A stretch of 64,000 nt of DNA from Leptogorgia sarmentosa (lineage: Eukaryota). The stretch is from positions 18,538,001 to 18,602,000 of the forward strand of contig OZ210885.1 in the NCBI GenBank assembly GCA_964658305.1. Direction: 5' to 3'. The notes under the pieces were generated by a model. That model was not told the DNA's origin and ran no database searches. It saw nothing but the letters and a program-made list of their open reading frames with translations. The translations under genes and the position numbers were made by a program. The stretch's first letter is position 1, and every line of letters begins with the position of its first letter. This document shows, one piece after another, positions 1 to 11,562 of the stretch.

Positions 1-232
1 TAATTTTTCTTTGTCGTCCTTTCGGCATTATTACAATTTTTTCAAAAACTATTCTCTGAGCAACAAGAATTTGTTCAAGTTTCTCTAAAGTAGCAAGTTC
101 AGCAGGGGTTTCACCTACAAATAAATTGATTACCACTGCTTGACAAGGCTGTTGACCTTTAATTAATTTAGCATGGCAAGTTTTGCAGATGTACTCCTTG
201 CCATCAAAAGAACATTGAAGTATATTAGGCCT
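1..232 (-). pseudogene. Helitron Rep/helicase N-terminal fragment (DUF6570-like region)
   Basis: Manual minus-strand translation gives SFDGKEYICKTCHAKLIKGQQPCQAV..ETPAELATLEKLEQILVAQR..IVIMPKGRQRK. This resembles the Cys-rich region that precedes Helitron Rep. It is frameshifted. Confidence 0.6.
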
Positions 233-550
233 GGTTTATACCTCGAATTTCCGTTCTTTCTGGCGAAAGAACCTGAGCATCCTCCCATCGTGGCAGACAG
301 CCTACATGAACAAGAGCACAAGAACAGTGAAGACGAAGAAGTCGAGAAAGACAACTACGAACTGTCAGATTTGAAAAATAAGTATAAAAATACCGGACCG
401 AGATCGTTGTGGGACGCCGATTACATTGACGATATGTCCAAAAACCATGACCAGCCGACAATTTAAAAAAATAAAGTAAGAAACATATTCCAAAAAGACA
501 GGACATCCTGAGAATACAATATATGATTCAAAACAAGACGCAGTTTGATA

Positions 551-591
551 CTGTCAATTTTCGACTCTATTACAAAGTCATCTTCAGGCAG
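551..591 (-). ncRNA. Minimal type I hammerhead ribozyme (degenerate inverted copy)
   Basis: CTGAAGA-T-GACTTT/AGAGTC-GAAA core; has G at the cleavage position and a stem I mismatch. Confidence 0.5.
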
Positions 592-750
592 AATGAAATA
601 CAATACTTTACACAACACATATATATACAACGCAGAGAGAGAGCATCTGTCATTTCGCTTCGCTTGGATAATCCTTCTTTCTGCCCACATGACAGATGCT
701 CTCTCTCTGCGTTGTATATATATGTGTTGTGTAAAGTATTGTATTTCATT

Positions 751-791
751 CTGTCTGAAGATGACTTTGTAATAGAGTCGAAAATTTACAG
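751..791 (+). ncRNA. Minimal type I hammerhead ribozyme
   Basis: CTGT CTGAAGA T GACTTT-GTAAT-AGAGTC GAAA ATTT ACAG: CUGANGA and GAAA boxes, stem II, stem I CTGT/ACAG and a palindromic minimal stem III. Confidence 0.7.
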
Positions 792-1989
792 TATCAAACT
801 GCATCTTGTTTTGAATCACATATCGTATTCTCAAGATGTCCTGTCTTTTCGGAATTTGTTTCTTACTTTATTGACGATATGGTTGACATTATTACAAACA
901 GTGAAAATTATAAGAAAAACTTATATTCACAAACACCAAGAAGGCGACAAATAGCGAGGTTTACAAGCTCGTTTTAAAAGAGATGAAGAAAGGACACCCC
1001 TTTATCTCTTTCACCATCCAATAAATGAGAAACAAATTCAAGTGGTGTGTAAGCAAGTGCAAGAAAGTAGCTCTAACCATACAAACAGCTACAGGCATCA
1101 AAAGATTTGTGGAGGAAAAAGGATTCAGCAAGTGGTTTGATCTCTTGTTCCCATTGATCAAAAGCAGGGATTCTTGCCAACCAGAGCGAGCGATTGAACC
1201 ATCGACCAGCAGACCAAGCAGTTCAGCTTCCTGTTCCAGTTCAAGTGGAACCAGCAGAGTCTCTTCAGGCACACTAACTGATTACGTGGAAAACGATGAA
1301 GAAAAAGAAGAGGCCACAGAAAAGATGTCTGTCCCAATTAGGAAAAAATAAAAAATAATGAAGCAGAAGCAATTGGAAAAATGCTGAAAATAATGGAAAC
1401 AATGGTTGAGAACAATCCAACAAAAGATCTCTTAAAATTTATAAAAGAGGATGCAGAGAGGTCATGGCAAACCGAACAGGAGCTGTTGAGGCTGTTAGCA
1501 ATACAATGTCAACAACATCTTTTACAGCACGTGCCACAGCAAACATTTGTGCCCCAGAATCAGTACTACCACGGTTCACCACAACAATGCTGGGGGCAAA
1601 CATAACCATTGTCTCCAGAAACCACCCCTGAAAGAATAAACACATGCAGTGCACCTGCATTTCAGGAAGCAACAAAGATATATATATAACACTTTAGGAA
1701 AACTTCTAGGACTCATAAGACCATATGATATCTGTGCATGTTACTTTAAATAGCTTGTTATTTTGAATTGTGTTGTGCATAAAAAAACATTTGATTTTTA
1801 GAACAGGGTAATTGATGGTGAATTGTTATAATGGCATGAATAGTTACTAACAATACTACACTAATTTCCCACATATTAATTACTAGTAATAAAGTTTTTC
1901 TATCACCAATATACTATTTTACAACTATCATTCACACATATCGAAGAAGTTAAAAATGTCAGCACACTCCATTTCTTAGTTTTTCCTTC

Positions 1990-2785
1990 CATACCTTTTC
2001 TTTTAATGCTGCCCGTATTTTTCCAGCTTGGACAGAGGTATCTTTGACATATTCAATAGTTGATGCACAGTTTCCCTATCCAGCCATCCACTTATGTTAT
2101 TGCTGAAATATAGTTGCATTGGAATGGCTTCATCTCATTCAATACAAATATTGTGGAGTACAATACATTGTTTTCATTGTGTCCTCATTACATTCACTTT
2201 TTCGGTGCAATACTCTAAATCTCCCTTTTAGTTGATCATATGCACATTCAGTAACCATCCTTGCACAAGACAAGCAGTAATTAAAGTACCATTCTTCTGG
2301 AATTGCACAGGTATATGGCTTCATTAGCCAGGTAGAAAATGGAAATGCAGAATCTGCAACCACTAATGGGCCAACTTCGACATTACCAATCTTTTTTGAA
2401 ATTGTAGGAATGAAATCATTTTCATTAATGTCTTTCCACAGTTGGGTGGCCTGCAATATCATAGAGTCATGGGTATTTCCCGGGAAACTAGCACTGGGCC
2501 ATATAAAACGATATTTCGCATCTACGAGACCCATTAGCAGTATGGAATGAAAATTTTTAAAGTTATGATATTCTTTGGCAGCTTCACCACCTCCAGCAGG
2601 ACATTTTATTGCAATGTGGCATCCATCAATTGCTGCCCAAGAGTAAGGAAATTGCCATTTTTTTCCATATTAATTATTTTTTCCTGCACCTGTTCTTCAG
2701 ATGTGGGAAAATGGGCAGAAACAGAGGAACAAAGGTTAATGAGAATTGCTTCACAAACCTTGATCTGCCGCATTTCCATTGATTA
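1990..2785 (-). pseudogene. PIF/Harbinger transposase (HARBI1-like, DDE_Tnp_4), disrupted
   Basis: Motifs WAAIDGCHI, YHNFKNFHSI, MGLVDAKYRF, FPGNTHDS, VADSAFP..WLMKPY, FNYCLSCARMVTECAY..LKGRF. Confidence 0.85.
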
Positions 2786-2880
2786 CACACACAGCATATG
2801 TAAAATGGGCCGGATTTAATTTGTATGAAATTTGTTTTTGGAAAGTGAGAGATGTAAAACTCTGACAGGCATATTTGTGA
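2786..2880 (-). pseudogene. Helitron Rep/helicase fragment, upstream part of the 1-232 fragment
   Basis: IQIKSGPFYICCVCNQ, a motif that normally lies shortly upstream of the SFDGKxYICxTC motif seen at 1-232. Confidence 0.5.
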
Positions 2881-3560
2881 TTTCATGCATAATTAGCCAT
2901 TTTGATGGGGTGGTGCATGGTCATTTTCTTGTAAAATATTATACTTAGACAAATTTTCCCCTCCAATGACCACCCCTAAAAGCAACCCTTCTTAACACCA
3001 TAAGCATTTCAGAAAAGCTGTTGCTTTTATTTTTTGGAAGTTTGAGGTGTGTTGACACTTCTAAGCACTCGCATTTTGTTTGGCACATATACCATGTTGA
3101 CCGGCATGGTCAATTTACCCTCATATGCAGGTCCTAGACTAATATGAGCAATACAATGTTCAAATACGAGACATGCGATTATGAAGTTCAAAATTAATGT
3201 CAACAGGTTAGCCCACAATGCAGGTCAAGTCAGGCTATAAAATTAGGGTTGTCTAGTGACCAATCCTTTTAGGTGGCATCACAACACGGCCCAAGCGAGT
3301 TTGAGCTTGAACACATTGTGCTTATCCATTCGAAAATAATAACCTAAAGCCCTTTTTGTGCATCAATATATAAGCAGCAACACCAAATAAAATCTTATTA
3401 ACTACAATCCTGGCCAAAACCATTAACTACACTAATAAATCTGTCCCTTTTGAAGTTCTCGACTATAAAATGTCTAATTTTTCTTGCCAAAATACCTCTC
3501 TGTCCCCAAGACAATGTTGAGTCTATGCCAAATGCATTAAGCATGTTATGCAACACCATC

Positions 3561-4811
3561 CAACATGTAGCCAAGCAGATTTATCAAAATTCCCTACCAG
3601 ACATTTGCTCAAGCATTAGTTCTTGCGTTTAGCAAGGACAATAATGTTATACAGTGGTGTTGTTGTCTCGAAGATCAAGAGAATTGTGACGAGCATTATC
3701 ATGTTCAATCAAACTGGAACGAAAGCAAAGATGGCTAAAAATTAAACGGTTTCTGTTGGATCATTCCGATGCTTCGGTGCATTTTTCATCAGCACATCAT
3801 AACTATTTCAGCGCATGGGAATACGTCACTAAATCTGACACAGAGTATTTACAGAGTCCTGGTCATCCCGACTTGACGAATGGTGAGCCACCAAGAACAG
3901 ATTCTGTGTGTGTTGCCACAGCCACTGCAAGAGACGAGTCTGACAGCGAGGGCTAGGAGATGACATCAAGAAAGTCAAAGAAAAGAAAAAAGAGGATGAC
4001 ATCTTTACAGGTGTCCGAAATTATTGAAGCTAGGTCGATTAAGGCTTGTACGGAATTGCTTCCTCTGGCCTGGGAGCAGAAGGCTGAAGGAAAATCCGAT
4101 GTTGGGGAATTTGTTATGACAAGGCAACCAAAAGTTATTGTGCATATCATAAAAACAACCTGGGACATGTGCAACGCAAAGGATGATAATTTGCAAAGAA
4201 GCAAGAAAACATGCATGCAGTTGTAAGAAAAAGCTAAAGCAGGTGATTGCATTGAGAACTATGAAGGTCGTTGATTACAATGCACTAAAGAAGTTCTAAC
4301 AGCGAATGGTATAGGAGCACAAGAATTTGCCAATGCGATCTATATCTTGTTGCAAAAAGGAATGGGAAAATATCGAAACATGCTCATTGGTCCTGCTAAT
4401 TGCGGTAAAACATTTCTACTTAAACCCTTAAAAGCGATTTATCACATCTTTACTAATCCTGCTTCCAGCACTTTTGCTTGGGTAGGTGTCCAGCAAGTTG
4501 AGTGTATATTTTTCAATGCCTTTCGTTGGAATGATAAAATTATTCCTTGGCATGACCTGCTCCTATTACTCTCGAAGGCAAACCCGTCCACTTTCTGGCA
4601 CTGAAAACTCACTTCGGTGAAGATATTTTATTTGAAGCTGATACGCCGGTATTTGCGACCAGGTTGTACAGTCAATGAGCATGAGATTGAGATGTCTGTA
4701 CGTTGGAATGTATTCTCACTCACGCATCAAATATCAGAAGATGAACAGATAGACATAAAACCCTGCCCTTGTTGCTTTCCATGTTTAGTGTGCATTGAGC
4801 AAAATTACTAA
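3561..4811 (+). pseudogene. HUH rolling-circle endonuclease + superfamily 3 helicase (CRESS-DNA virus Rep / parvovirus NS1-like), decayed
   Basis: TCSQAD (motif I-like), EHYHV (HUH motif II), AWEYVTK (motif III YxxK), Walker A GPANCGKT, Walker B-like CIFFN, WHDLLLLL. Several frameshifts and stops. Confidence 0.75.
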
Positions 4812-5104
4812 AACTAAGCATAGGACAGTATTAGGTGAATGTAGCAAGAGCCTATGAAACAATAATTTCATTAATTTCGTTATACTATACATATATAGAT
4901 AACGCATTACTGGTGCTTATCTTATGCGAACACTTAACTTTGTATGCTATAAGGAGTTTAGAAGACTAACATATTGTTTCAATCTGTAAAATACAGAAAG
5001 CTCATAATAATAATGCAACAGCTGAAAATCATGCTCGGTGTAACGTTGGTGCATAGTACAGTGATAAGAATGTACCTACAGTAATTATAGCATTGCTTTG
5101 TGCC

Positions 5105-5760
5105 AAAAATGGTACAAATTCTTCGTAAGTTTCCTGTGTTATAGTTCCATCAATCGCTTGTCTGTCTAGTTCCCTTCTATCTGGACTTCTAGGTGGTATA
5201 GATAACAAATCTGCATCTGATTCACTAATTGCCATTTTCCCTGCATTACTATTTTGACAAGGGCATCCATCTTGAATCCAAAGTTTAGGTGGGAATTTAT
5301 CATCTTTCTTGAATAATTCTGGAAATTTACGACTTATGTACCCTTTGACGTAATCACCGCTCATTTTATCACTGTTCAAGGTCTATTGCCTTTCCCAAAT
5401 GAGATGGCAACCATTAGCTTCACTAACTTTCCGCCACTTCCTTCCTTCTTTCTTTTTGCTGTACATCCATAGTCGAGACCTTCGCATACTGACAGTTTTT
5501 AAATATAGCCCCGCTTCCTTAGCAAGTCTCTTGGATGTAAAAGTTCCATCCTGTTCTTGCAATAATTTTAGATTCCTTAGCAACTTTTGCATGTCTCTTT
5601 TATTTAGCTTTCTAGGTCTCCCTCCTTTGTGTATTTTTTTGTTGTGAGCATCGCCTTGCTTGGCATTTTTTTTCAAAAAATGTCCAGTTCGATTTGTTGG
5701 CAAATTTTTTTTGGCCGTGTGTAAAATTTGGACGCATGATAGCGAATTTAATTTTTGCAA
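5105..5760 (-). pseudogene. Tc1/IS630-family transposase fragment
   Basis: HTH linker KGGRPRKLNKRD..FTSKRL and catalytic-region motifs WIQDGCPCQNS and IPPRSPD. Internally deleted. Confidence 0.7.
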
Positions 5761-5769
5761 AATTCCTTT

Positions 5770-7296
5770 AATTCAGGCAGGTAATCCAAACAAGATTAAT
5801 AAAAAAAGACAATAACAAACACATCGACAAACTCTCATTACACCTGGAACAGAAAGAAAACAAAATCAATCACCTACAAAATGAAGTAGCAGAACTCAAA
5901 AAACTAAACAAACAAAAACAAGAAACCGTCTGTGACTTCAAAATTAAGCAACTTGAAATGGAGACAAAAATCAAAACTCTGAACGACAAACACCAGAAGA
6001 TTGAAGAAAAATTCTCCCACCTTACCCCCCTCCCCCAAACCTGAACTACCACAATGAACCTGAAACAACATCTGATAAACCAAACAACAATAACGAACAT
6101 ACCTCCATGAAAATGAAGAAACCACCCAACAATCCCCCCAAAAACCTGAAGCCCCTCAATCTCCACAAACCCCACAACATCCCCCCCCCAGCAAGGACCA
6201 AGCATCCCAACAACCCCCAAACCATCATCCTATGTGACAGCAATGGCCGCTTTCTGAAACCAAATATCCCATGCCCCTACTCAACCACAAAATACATCCG
6301 CTGTCCCACCCTATTCAAAGCCCAAGAAATCCTCAATGATGAAACACTACCCAACCCAAACACTCTTATTATCCACACAGGAACAAATGACCTGGAGCAC
6401 CAACAATCAAACCACCACCTCATACTCAAATATAAAGAAATTATAAAAACAATAAAAGAAAAATACCCCAACTGCAGAATCCTAATTTCCTCCCTCGTAC
6501 CACGAAAAGACACTTTAAACCAACAAGCACATGAAATAAACAACAACCTGCAAGAAATTGTAGGAACATCTTCCAACACCATCCTCGTAGAACACAACAA
6601 CATCCACAAAGACAACCTCCATGACAAAAAAGAACTGAACCAACATGGGATCAAGATTTTTGCCATGAATATCAAGAAGAAAACCCTGCCATCCCTCAAG
6701 TAATTCAGGCCCTCCCTTCACCAGACCAAACAACTATCCACTACCATTCAGCAATACCCCCGAACCTCATTGCCTTCCTACCATTTCCCCCAATTTACCC
6801 GTCCAACCAAGAAAACAGCACCAATCCCTCACCTCAACGACACATCAAAAAAACATCCACCATTTAAAACCAACTTCCAAGCACCTTTCCCCCCTTCCCA
6901 ACCTTTCACACATCTCACCCACAATTCACCAACCTATGCAGACCAACTGAGAAAGAACGAACCCTTACACAACAATTTTCCCCAGCTCCCTAATGAATTG
7001 AGGGTGGGGGGCATCAGCCTTTTATACAAAACTAAATTCAAAAATTTTGTCAGAATTACTAAGAGAACAAAACATTTTTATGGTGCAAAATTTCCAAAGA
7101 AATATTGAATTATGCCACAGACATTTATATCTGTGGCCCTACATACCTCCTGAAAAATCAATATATTTTGATTTTCTCATCAAAAGCCAATGTAACAATA
7201 CTTGGTGATTTCAATGCCAGAACAGCCAAACTTACTGATTCTGTATCAAAGGAATGAACAAACACATCAATGATACCAGTGATGACTCCATCTGCC
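5770..7296 (+). mobile_element. Non-LTR retrotransposon (CR1/L2-group) 5' part: ORF1 with coiled coil + SGNH esterase, and start of APE endonuclease
   Basis: ORF 6107-6703 has IILCDSNG, IIHTGTNDL, ILISSLVPRKD. Downstream are GGISLLYK, YIPPE and LGDFNART (APE). The strand is strongly A/C-skewed. Confidence 0.75.
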
Positions 7297-8500
7297 CAGC
7301 GGCGGATCTAGGGGTAGTCAGATTAGTCATGCAACTAATGTAAAAAAAGCCATTGGAAAGAAAAATCTGGACCAGGGTTTCCAAATTATTTTCCAATCGA
7401 TTGAAATTCTCAATATTCAATTATGCTATCAATGAATCAAGATCCATCACACTCCAGCGTTCAACTTCGATCAGTTTTGCACATTTTGAGCCAGCGATTG
7501 ATTAGTCAACTGGTTAGTCAAATAAGCAGTATTCAAATGAGTTTTGACTAATCTGTGTTTTAGATCATGCAATTTGATTGGTCCAATTTGCTCTAGCCAC
7601 ACATTACAGGCGTGTTGATTGGTCAAAAATATTTTGACTAATCATTGCAAAATTTTGACTAAAGTACGTGGCTTTTTTGACCAATCCTGCAAATAGATTA
7701 TAACCTATGATTGGCTATTTGCGCAAAGTCACAAGATAAAGACAAAAGAACACATCATCTGATTGGCCTTCCAATCTTCATTAATTTGAAAGCTTTGCAC
7801 CTGACCTTTCTCTTTACAAACTATTGCTCGTCTTGAATAGCTAGCGCAAATTTGCAAGCAAGTCCTTTGTAATTTACTCTACGATTTTCGAAATGGAAGG
7901 CGTAGATTTCGGGAAGGTTAGATCTTTATTGGAAAATAACGATACAGAGGGATTACTGGTCTTAAGGAGAGTATTTTAAGCAGATAAATTCTGCCAAATT
8001 CATATCCACGAGTGACATTATGGCGAGGATGCGAGAAAATCGTCTTGGTTGAAAATACCAAGCTGAGATGTTGATTCCTTGTCGTGTGTTTCAAGAAACT
8101 AAGAAGTGTATGGCAATAAGGTAATTTCGATAGATTTTTAAACAATAAATCGTTCATAACTTCATACTTCAATAGTTCAATACCTCAAGGCTCAATTCAA
8201 TCAGCCTTGATCGTGAACGCGAGATTTGCTATTTGCTTGATTTACATATTTGTGCAAGGTTAGGTCCAAAGGTTAATCTTAGGGATTTATAATTTTATAA
8301 TATAATTATAATAGCACAATTATTCATGCTCGCTTTGGGCCTTTGGCAATTATTCCCGAATATTTTGCTTTATTTTGGAAACATTTATTCACTGTCAGAC
8401 GTTTAATACTTTCTATTAGACTAAGGGGAAAATATATATGTTTACAATTTGGCTTATACATGCCCATTGCTTAGACTATTGACTGACTGATAACAGATTT
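7297..8500 (+). mobile_element. Left end of a hAT-like DNA transposon
   Basis: Abrupt terminus CAGCGGCGGATCTAGGGG followed by many GACTAATC/GATTAGTC subterminal motifs. Probably the 5' region of the hAT transposase at 19170-21460. No right TIR found. Confidence 0.45.
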
Positions 8501-8502
8501 AT

Positions 8503-8818
8503 ACACCCGCGAACATGAAAGCGAGGCAAAGGGGGCCAGATTTCGCGACATTATTATAGATTATACGACGAGGGAGAAGTTTTTAAAAATTTTCGCTCAC
8601 TTTTTTGCCGAAAAAGATATTTCCTTTGTATATGGGCAATTCGATGCCGCTAAAGATGAAATTTATGGAGGAATTCGTGCCTTACGACGTCCTGCTGTGC
8701 TATAATCGCGAGATTTATACCGCGAGGAGTGATGACAGCAACATGGCCATATCAACTATATCAAGTTATGCAAAACTAGACCATAATAAACCATGTGTTC
8801 GAGCTTTATATTCTTTCC
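8503..8818 (+). repeat. Left TIR of the ISL2EU-like element
   Basis: Reverse complement of 18805-19151; lacks an 18-bp segment (TTATTCCAAAATGGCGCC) near the tip. Confidence 0.85.
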
Positions 8819-8820
8819 AA

Positions 8821-10227
8821 ATGCCGAAAAACTGTTGTGTTCCCCATTGCACAAAGAAAGGATACGTAGAAGGGGGAAAAAGATTTCTTACTTCAAGTTT
8901 CCACAGGAAAAGCATCTGTTCGACGAGTGGATTTGTGCGATTCGTCGAGACGTTGGGCGACATTTCAAAATTACAGACAACACTCGTGTTTGCTCAAGGC
9001 ATTTTAAAGACGGGGATTTTGAAGTTTCACTAACTGGCAGACGTACGCTTCGAGACGGGGCAGTGCCGTCGAGATTCGAATGGAGAACAGCTTCTCCCAA
9101 GAAGAGAAAGTCTCCAACAAAATCAAGATCTAACATTCAATTTATAGATCCAGACTCTGACAGTGATGAACCGGCTGGTCAATCATCTAGCCATTTAGAA
9201 GACATTACGGGGCCAGAAAGCGAGGAAACAAACGCCTTTGAAACTGAGCTCAACGAACTGAAGACCAGAGTCGAGGACTTGACGAAGAAGTGCACAAACA
9301 GTGAGCGTAAAGTGTTTTGTTTCAGTCGATTTTACAATGACAACAACAGTTTAATTCTATACTGGCTTTCCAGATGTGAAACTATTTGATGCACTGTATG
9401 AGTTTTGTAATCCTGGAGAACATGGTGAAAATATTTCTTACTGGCATTCAGCGTCTACAAGTGAAGGTTCTACTTCTAGTGATTCTTCTACGAAACAGGG
9501 CAGGCCAAGAATACTTCATCCCAAGGAAGAACTATTTATAACATTGTGTAGACTGAGAACACCTTGCACATTTGTATGGGGTGTCTCAGAGAACCATTAG
9601 CAGGATTATTGTTACTTGGGTGAATTTTCTTTATTTGAAACTTAAGGATGTACCAATGTGGCCTTCTCGAGAGTTGGTGGATAAATATATGCCAGAGCAA
9701 TTTAAAGAAAAATTTCCCTCGACTAGAGTGATTATTGACTGCACCGAGATCAAATGCCAGATGCCAAGCAGCCTTCTCTTGAACAGTGAACTATTTAGTT
9801 CCTACAAGAACAATGCTACCCTTAAGTGTCTGGTTGGTATAACCCCTGGTGGAGCAATGTCATTTGTTAGCCAACTATACACTGGGCACATCTCTGACCG
9901 AGAAACTGTGATGCAAAGTGGTTTCTTGGACCAACAGTTCAATAATGAAAACTCGATCATGGCTGACAAGGGATTCACCATAGATGACCTATTACCACCT
10001 GGGGTAGGGTTGAATATACCTCCATTCCTGGGAATGCAAGGCCAAATGACTGCTGAAGATGTAGTCAAAACCCAAAGTATTGCTTCCCTAAGGGTGCATG
10101 TTGAGCGAGCAATCAACAAAATGAAGAACTTTAAAATATGGGATGGTATTGTTTGGCATCGCCAATCAGATGTGGACAGTATGTGCCATGCTGTGTAATC
10201 TTCAGAAACCAATAATTAGTGTTTGAA
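8821..10227 (+). pseudogene. THAP zinc finger + HTH + DDE_Tnp_4 transposase, frameshifted
   Basis: MPKNCCVPHC..FKFP..W..RVCSRHF..GAVPSRF (THAP); VIIDCTE, FSSYK, GHISD, MADKGF, RVHVERAINKMK. Confidence 0.9.
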
Positions 10228-10739
10228 TTAATGAACTCAGTCGTTACACCCTTCTCGAAAGTGTTTAGTCTTGGCCATACAGCCCTGTTTTTGTGATTGA
10301 GATATTGGGTTTGGACATTTTATCTTGTTGCAGGTGACACATTTACAAAACCATTGGGTTAGAATAGATAACCCGACAAACTTTTTTATCATACCTCAAT
10401 CACAGAAACAGGGTTGTATAGCCAACACTGATTACTTTAATTTACGGAATGGTGTAATTTGTTTAAAGGTACTGTCGCGTTCCGCCGCGATATCCAAAGG
10501 AAAAAAGGTTAAAAACGGCTCTTTGAATACTTATATTTTTCAACTTCAGTATATCACAAAAAAATCACACCTAAGTTTGTCTAGTTCGACCTTATATACA
10601 CAAGCTAATTTACATTTACATACATCTTGAATTAATTACACAATACAGAACAATACATCCACAGAACAGAATTCAATTACGTAATACAATTATACACAAT
10701 ACAAAAGACATTCACCCACACGGCCATATTCCCAACAGT

Positions 10740-10993
10740 ACAGTTCAGCCTTCTGAACGATGGTTTTTAAGGCAGATTTCAGCTCTTTTAATTGAAAAAA
10801 CTAACTAGGAAAATCAATTAAGCATAATTCACAATCACCAAACTCAATGTTTTTAACATTTTAAAACATTTTTATTGTTAAAAACATTGAGTTTACTGAT
10901 CTTGAATTATGCTTAATTGATTTTCCTGGTTAGTTTTTCAATTAAAAGGACTGAAATGCACCTTAAAAACCATCATTCAAAAGGCTGAACTGT
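10740..10993. mobile_element. Foldback MITE (~250 bp)
   Basis: ~120-bp imperfect inverted arms (ACAGTTCAGCC...GGCTGAACTGT) with a short AT-rich spacer. Confidence 0.65.
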
Positions 10994-11562
10994 GCCTTTA
11001 AGTGACAGTATTGTGTATATGACTATATGGGCAAATCACCTACTTGAAAAAGTACTGAAATTATTTGAAGTATGCATGCATATTGTACAAAATAGAATCA
11101 CTCAACATGACTGTGTCACTTTTGTCAGTTTTGATGGGAAATCACTCAGTGGCTTTTTCCCAAACTCAGACAGTTTTAATGATCAGGTATTGGTAATTAT
11201 GCACTTGTCAATGTTAAGCCCCAGGGGGGGGGAACGGGCGACCCACGGGGATTTGACCGCGCATAATTTGACGTCACTAGCGCTCCCGTGGGACGTGGCA
11301 TTTGACCTTTTGGCCAAATAGGGAGTCTGGTGACTATTTGGCCCCCAGAGCACATGGAATACTTTCGTGGACCTGTGGACGTACGGTAAGTTTCAGTTTC
11401 GACAATTTGTTATAAATTTCTAGTTGTAAACTTTTGTCGACATTAGAAATTGTTTCTAATCTCCTTTTCTAAGCCGTGTCATACTACATAGTTGAAACAT
11501 CCATAAATTAATTATAATGCAAAATTTTTGTAGGTTTAAATATGCAAACGTCAGACTCAAAT

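Larger units (their letters stand above)
437..869. mobile_element. Non-coding PLE-derived foldback insertion (inverted pLTR pair)
   Basis: Inverted arms ~470-653 and ~689-872 with a 35-bp spacer. Each arm holds a hammerhead core. A 12-bp direct repeat ATTGACGATATG (425-436, 870-881) flanks it as a TSD. Confidence 0.75.
290..1690 (+). pseudogene. Harbinger accessory Myb/SANT-like DNA-binding protein, disrupted
   Basis: GPRSLWDADYIDDM (to 436) resumes at 870 as IDDMVDIITNSENYK..IFTNTK..MRNKFKWCVSKCKKVALTIQTATGIKRF..KWFDLLFPLIKSRDSCQPE. It is convergent with a Harbinger transposase and split by the 437-869 insertion. Confidence 0.6.

Noticed and set aside
463..954. Near-identical ORFs on both strands (123-143 aa)
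   Set aside because: They are artefacts of the inverted repeat and have no recognisable domain.
3027..3560. Possible capsid gene upstream of the Rep
   Set aside because: No recognisable protein in any frame, and many stops.
8605..9033. ORFs starting MPKKIFP (also 18843-19031 and 18619-18939)
   Set aside because: These are translations of the TIR sequence, not genes.
10462..10500. TTAAAGGTACTG as a Kolobok-type end
   Set aside because: No matching opposite end or coding sequence was found.
11196..11260. TATGCACTTGTCAATGTTAAGCCCCAGGGGGGG as the left TIR of the CIDE-N transposase element
   Set aside because: It looks like a transposon terminus, but no inverted partner was found after 16187, so it is not annotated.
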